A stretch of 32,000 nucleotides of DNA from assembly GCF_000270205.1 (NCBI RefSeq), contig NC_015913.1:300001-332000 (forward strand), in the 5' to 3' direction. Below are positions 27,759 through 32,000 of this stretch, piece after piece (positions within the stretch are counted from its first letter, which is position 1; each line of letters starts with the position of its first letter). The position numbers and the translations under genes are program-made. This DNA is from Candidatus Arthromitus sp. SFB-mouse-Japan (GTDB lineage Bacteria > Bacillota > Clostridia > Clostridiales > Clostridiaceae). A model generated the notes under the pieces. That model was given only the letters and a program-made list of their open reading frames with translations. It ran no database searches and had not been told where the DNA came from.

Positions 27759-28430
27759 ATGTTAAATAAGATAAAAGATGGACTTGTGATATCTTGTCAG
27801 GCATTATATGATGAGCCATTACATAGTCCGTTTATCATGGGAAGGATGGCACTCGCAGCAAAAGAGGCAGGGGCAGTAGCCATAAGAGCACAAGGAGTGT
27901 CTGATATAATAGAGATTAAAAGAGCAACTAATTTACCAGTAATTGGTATTATAAAGAGAGATTACGAGGATTCAGATGTGTATATAACACCAACAATAAA
28001 AGAGGTAAATGAACTTTTAAGTTCTGGATGTGAAATGATTGCGTTAGATGCTACGCGTAGATCAAGACCGAATGATGAAAAACTTAAAGATTTAATTTTA
28101 CACATAAAAGAAGAGAATATTTTGGTTATGGCAGATATTTCGAATTACGAAGAGGGGGTTATAGCTGAGGAACTTGGATGTGATTGTGTATCCACGACAT
28201 TATCTGGATATACTTCTTATACACAAAGAATTGATGAACCAGATTTTGAGCTAATGAAAAGACTAGTTAAAGATTTGAGGATACCTGTTATTGCTGAAGG
28301 AAGAATAAACACTCCAGAAGATTTGAAGAGTGTGTATGATATTGGTGTATATTCTGCAGTAGTTGGATCAGCAATAACAAGGCCACAATTGATAGCTAAG
28401 AAATTTATTGATATTATAAAAGGCAGATAG
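27759..28430 (+). CDS. nanE: N-acetylmannosamine-6-phosphate 2-epimerase NanE
   Basis: LVISCQAL, AIRAQG, LPVIGIIKRDY, IALDAT, ADIS, PVIAEGRI and VVGSAITRP are the canonical NanE blocks. ATG at 27759 with AAGGGGGA 10 nt upstream. The track ORF starts at a TTG (27735), which I consider less likely. Confidence 0.9.
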   Translation: MLNKIKDGLVISCQALYDEPLHSPFIMGRMALAAKEAGAVAIRAQGVSDIIEIKRATNLPVIGIIKRDYEDSDVYITPTIKEVNELLSSGCEMIALDATRRSRPNDEKLKDLILHIKEENILVMADISNYEEGVIAEELGCDCVSTTLSGYTSYTQRIDEPDFELMKRLVKDLRIPVIAEGRINTPEDLKSVYDIGVYSAVVGSAITRPQLIAKKFIDIIKGR

Positions 28431-28478
28431 AAGGAATTTTAAATTTGTTTAATAATTTATAGGGTTTTTATATATTAT

Positions 28479-28493
28479 ATGAAAACGTTTTAT
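28479..28493 (+). promoter_or_regulatory. candidate catabolite-responsive element (cre) upstream of nanA: ATGAAAACGTTTTAT
   Basis: Matches WTGNAANCGNWNNCW at every defined position except the penultimate C. Contains the 10-nt palindrome AAAACGTTTT. It lies immediately upstream of the nanA RBS (AAGGAGG, 28495-28501). Confidence 0.4.
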
Positions 28494-28509
28494 TAAGGAG
28501 GTTTTATTT

Positions 28510-29376
28510 ATGAAAGGTATTTATTCAGCACTCTTAACTTCTTTTGATAAAGAGGGAAATATAAATGAAAGAGGTATAAGAGAACTTATTAGGCACAACA
28601 TAGACTATGTTAAAGTTGATGGAATTTATGTTAATGGTAGTACTGGTGAGAACTTTATGTTGTCAACAGATGAGAAAAAGAAGATTTTTGAGATTGTAAA
28701 AGATGAAGCTAAAGACGATGTTAAATTGATCGCTCAGGTGGGTTCAATAAATTTAAAAGAAAGTGTTGAGCTTGGGAATTATGCAACTGAACTAGGATAT
28801 GATTCTTTGAGTGCTGTGACACCATTTTATTATAAGTTTACATTTGAAGAGATAAAGGATTATTATGATACTATAATAAAGGAAACTCAAAATAGTATGA
28901 TAATATATTCCATACCATACCTTACAGGGGTTAATATGGGACTTGATAACTTTAGAGAATTATTTAAAAATCCTAAAATAATAGGAGTTAAATTTACAAA
29001 TCCAGATTTTTATTTACTTGAGAGGATAATATGTGCTTTTCCAGATAAGCTAGTTTATTCAGGATTTGATGAGATGCTTTTGCCTGCTGCATCAGTTGGT
29101 GTAGATGGAGCCATAGGCTCTACATTTAATGTAAATGGTAGAAGAGCAAAAGAGATATTTGAACTAGTTAGTGAAGGGAAAATAAAAGAAGCAAGGGGAT
29201 TACAAACTCTTACAAATAATTTAATTACAGAAATATTGGATAATGGATTATATCAAACAATTAAATTGATATTAGAAGAATTTGGAGTAAATGCTGGTTA
29301 TTGCAAGAGACCTTTTAGAGAAGCAAGCGAGGAAATGAAAAAAATAGCAAAAGAAATATTTAATAAGTACTTTTAG
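28510..29376 (+). CDS. nanA: N-acetylneuraminate lyase NanA (DapA/class I aldolase family)
   Basis: GIYVNGSTGE, YSIPYLTG and the Schiff-base lysine context IIGVKFT. Length 288 aa. Located between nanE and a sialate-type transporter. Confidence 0.9.
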   Translation: MKGIYSALLTSFDKEGNINERGIRELIRHNIDYVKVDGIYVNGSTGENFMLSTDEKKKIFEIVKDEAKDDVKLIAQVGSINLKESVELGNYATELGYDSLSAVTPFYYKFTFEEIKDYYDTIIKETQNSMIIYSIPYLTGVNMGLDNFRELFKNPKIIGVKFTNPDFYLLERIICAFPDKLVYSGFDEMLLPAASVGVDGAIGSTFNVNGRRAKEIFELVSEGKIKEARGLQTLTNNLITEILDNGLYQTIKLILEEFGVNAGYCKRPFREASEEMKKIAKEIFNKYF

Positions 29377-29395
29377 TTATGGATGGTAATTTATT

Positions 29396-30853
29396 ATGGG
29401 ATTTACTTTAATAGATCTTGGAGTTCTAATTGTTTACCTCGTAGCAGTTTTATTTATTGGGCTTTATTTTTCAAAAAAGGATATGGATGGAAAAGAATTT
29501 TTTAAGGGTGATGGAACAATACCTTGGTGGGTTACGTCGGTATCTATATTTGCTACACTTTTAAGTCCTATATCATTTTTATCATTAGTTGGTAATTCTT
29601 ATAGTGGAACTTGGTCTTTGTGGTTTGCACAGCTTGGAGTTCTTATAGCAATACCGCTTACAATAAAGTTTTTTTTGCCAGTATTTAGTAAGCTTAAGAT
29701 AGATACAGCATATCACTATTTAGAGATAAGATATAAAAGCAAAGGACTTCGTGTCATAGGAGCTATTATATTTATCATTTATCAAATTGGTAGAATGTCT
29801 ATAATAATGTATTTACCATCCATGGTTTTATCTAGGTTATCTAATATAAATGTAAATATATTTATAATTCTTATGGGTGCTATTGCGATTGTATATTCTT
29901 ATGCTGGAGGTATAAAGTCTGTTTTATGGACTGATTTTATACAAGGTGTAGTTTTAATTCTTGGTGTTATTGGAACACTAATCTTTATATTATTTAAACT
30001 TAATGATGGTTTTGGAGATATAGTAAATGCATTGTTTAATGAACAGAAGTTCTTATCGAGCAATGATGTATTATTTGATCCAAATTTGCTTAAAACTAGT
30101 ATATTTATGCTCGTTGTTGGAGGAGGATTAAATACATTTTCTTCTTATATATCTAGCCAAGATGTTGTTCAAAGATTTACAACTACAACAGATATAAAGA
30201 AATTGAATAAAATGACATATGCAAATGGAATATTGTCTATTGGTGTTGCAACGTTATTTTATTTAATAGGTACAGCATTATTTGTATTTTATAGACAGAA
30301 TCCAAATTTCTTGGTAGATGTTGCTCAAGATCAAATTTATGCGTCTTTTATAGCATATCAACTACCGGTGGGTATAACAGGATTACTATTAGCCGCTATA
30401 TATGCAGCATCTCAGTCTACTTTATCCACAGGATTAAACTCAGTTGCAACGAGCTGGACATTAGATATACAAAATTATATAACTAAGGGTCTTAGTTTTA
30501 AAGCTCAAACTAAAATTGCTCAATTAGTTTCGCTATTGGTTGGAGTTGTTTCTGTAATCGTTGCGATGATTCTTGCAACAAGTGAAATTAATTCGGCATA
30601 TGAATGGTTTAATGGATTTGTTGGAGCTGTTCTTGGGGTTTTAGCGGGAATATTTGTACTTGGAGTTATATGTAAAAATGCAACGAAAATATCTGCTTAT
30701 TTGGGATTTATTACTGCAACAATAATTGTACTTTCACTCAAATATATGAATTTAAATATTGAAGTGTCTATATGGGCATATTCGCTTATAACTATAGTTG
30801 TGACTGTAGGAGTTGGGTTTGTAGTTAGTTTATTTAATCGAAAAAATAATTAA
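29396..30853 (+). CDS. sodium:solute symporter (SSS family), probable sialic acid transporter
   Basis: ~13 hydrophobic segments across 485 aa, with SSS-type blocks (GGIKSVLWTDFIQ, QDVVQRF). The sialate assignment rests on its position inside the nan cluster. Confidence 0.8.
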   Translation: MGFTLIDLGVLIVYLVAVLFIGLYFSKKDMDGKEFFKGDGTIPWWVTSVSIFATLLSPISFLSLVGNSYSGTWSLWFAQLGVLIAIPLTIKFFLPVFSKLKIDTAYHYLEIRYKSKGLRVIGAIIFIIYQIGRMSIIMYLPSMVLSRLSNINVNIFIILMGAIAIVYSYAGGIKSVLWTDFIQGVVLILGVIGTLIFILFKLNDGFGDIVNALFNEQKFLSSNDVLFDPNLLKTSIFMLVVGGGLNTFSSYISSQDVVQRFTTTTDIKKLNKMTYANGILSIGVATLFYLIGTALFVFYRQNPNFLVDVAQDQIYASFIAYQLPVGITGLLLAAIYAASQSTLSTGLNSVATSWTLDIQNYITKGLSFKAQTKIAQLVSLLVGVVSVIVAMILATSEINSAYEWFNGFVGAVLGVLAGIFVLGVICKNATKISAYLGFITATIIVLSLKYMNLNIEVSIWAYSLITIVVTVGVGFVVSLFNRKNN

Positions 30854-30871
30854 ATATAAAAATAAAAATTT

Positions 30872-30908
30872 ATGGATATTCTAGAAATAAGTGAATATCC
30901 ATTTTATT
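30872..30908 (+). terminator. intrinsic terminator after the symporter gene
   Basis: Stem ATGGATATTC (30872-30881) / GAATATCCAT (30893-30902), 11-nt loop, then TTTATT. Confidence 0.65.
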
Positions 30909-30970
30909 ATTTACTAAAAAATTCTTAGAGATTATACTATAAAAATAATTAAATTGGAGGTAGTAAAGTT

Positions 30971-31909
30971 ATGGATTTGAAATATTGTTTATCATTTGAT
31001 ATAGGTGGAACATTTATAAAATATGCTATTATTGATAATGAAGGAGTAATCCATGAAAAAGATAAGATTAATACGCCTGGATATCCAGCACGAGAGACTA
31101 TACCTGCTGCATTAATTGATATATTTGAAAAATTAAAATTAAAATTTAACATCATTTGTGTAGGAGTATCCACAGCAGGTCAAGTAGATGTTGATAAATG
31201 TGAAGTAATATATGCAACAGATAATATACCAGGATATATTGGGACTAATTTTAGAGATATTTTAGCAAAGAAATTTAATTTAGATGTGTTTGCAGATAAC
31301 GATGTTAATTCAGCAGCTATTGGGGAAATGTGGCTCGGAAGTGCTAAAGATGCTAAAAACTTTTTATGTATGACATTGGGAACTGGAGTTGGTGGTGCTA
31401 TTATAATAGATAATAAATTGCATAGAGGTAATAATTATTCAGCAGGTGAGATAGGACATTTTATTATTTTTCCAAATGGAGATAAATGTACTTGTGGTTT
31501 GAATGGATGTTATGAAAGATATGCCTCTACATCTGCTTTAATTAAGATGTATAAGGAAGAATTGATTAAAAATAATATGATATGTAAAGATAATTATACG
31601 GGTGAGTACATAGTTGATTTGTGTTATAGGGGGGATAGTATAGCCAGTTCAGTTTATAATAGATTTTTAGATTACATAGCATATGGTATAGCAAATTTAG
31701 TTCATATTTTAGATATTGGACTTGTAATAGTTGGTGGCGGTATATCAGAACAAGGAGATTTATTTTTTAATGAAATAAATAATAGGTTTAAGAAATATGT
31801 ACTTAATGTTTATAAGAATGGTACTATAATAAAACAGGCTGGACTCAAAAATGATGCTGGAGTTATTGGTGCAGCTTTTAATACATTTTCCTATATAAAT
31901 ATTATGTAA
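30971..31909 (+). CDS. nanK: ROK-family sugar kinase, probable N-acetylmannosamine kinase NanK
   Basis: N-terminal FDIGGT, GEIGH, and the ROK zinc motif H..CTCGLNGCYERYAS. GGAGG RBS 10 nt upstream. The substrate is inferred from nan-cluster context. Confidence 0.8.
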   Translation: MDLKYCLSFDIGGTFIKYAIIDNEGVIHEKDKINTPGYPARETIPAALIDIFEKLKLKFNIICVGVSTAGQVDVDKCEVIYATDNIPGYIGTNFRDILAKKFNLDVFADNDVNSAAIGEMWLGSAKDAKNFLCMTLGTGVGGAIIIDNKLHRGNNYSAGEIGHFIIFPNGDKCTCGLNGCYERYASTSALIKMYKEELIKNNMICKDNYTGEYIVDLCYRGDSIASSVYNRFLDYIAYGIANLVHILDIGLVIVGGGISEQGDLFFNEINNRFKKYVLNVYKNGTIIKQAGLKNDAGVIGAAFNTFSYINIM

Positions 31910-31933
31910 TTTATAGAATTTTGGAGGTATAAA

Positions 31934-32000
31934 GTGGAAATTTTATTGATTCCAATAGCACTAGCTTTAGATGCTTTTGGCGTAGCATTAAGTTTAGGGT
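31934..32000 (+). CDS. MntP/YtaF-like (DUF204) membrane protein, 5' fragment running off the window
   Basis: GTG start 7 nt after GGAGG. The translation VEILLIPIALALDAFGVALSLG contains the DAF(A/G)V motif typical of MntP/YtaF N-termini. Only 22 codons are visible. Confidence 0.45.
   Translation, partial: MEILLIPIALALDAFGVALSLG

Overview
This is a very AT-rich bacterial chromosome segment. The proteins are N/K/I/Y-rich and the RBSs are strong GGAGG-type. By eye the 16S resembles a divergent Clostridium sensu stricto / Clostridiaceae sequence; this is pattern recognition, not a database search. Bases ~870-15740 hold three complete rRNA operons in direct head-to-tail tandem. Copy 1 is 16S-tRNA-Ile-23S-5S-tRNA-Asn, copy 2 is 16S-23S-5S-tRNA-Asn, and copy 3 is 16S-23S-5S followed by a terminator. 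I can find only one sigma-A-type promoter, in front of copy 1, and one intrinsic terminator, behind copy 3. The junctions between copies carry boxA-like elements and processing stems but no promoter. The rest of the window is compact, mostly + strand housekeeping or accessory operons. In order: a degenerate NanE-like paralogue plus a NodB-type polysaccharide deacetylase; an OmpR-type two-component system followed by a 500-aa lipobox protein and a fused TusA/DsrE YedF-like protein; a lone RusA-like resolvase homologue with a C-terminal Cys4 tail (- strand); tsaD, a membrane-anchored alpha/beta-fold protein and htrA; an ABC-F ATPase (- strand); and a sialic-acid catabolism cluster (nanE, nanA, Na+/solute symporter, ROK kinase nanK), then the first 22 codons of an MntP/YtaF-like membrane protein. 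I see no CRISPR array, transposase, integrase, toxin-antitoxin pair or recognisable defence island, and I cannot point to a convincing new multi-gene system. The items most worth a second look are the apparently single-promoter triple rrn array, the two enzyme-like proteins that seem to have lost catalytic residues (NanE-like, alpha/beta-fold), the atypical RusA-like protein, and the uncharacterised lipoprotein coupled to the histidine kinase.
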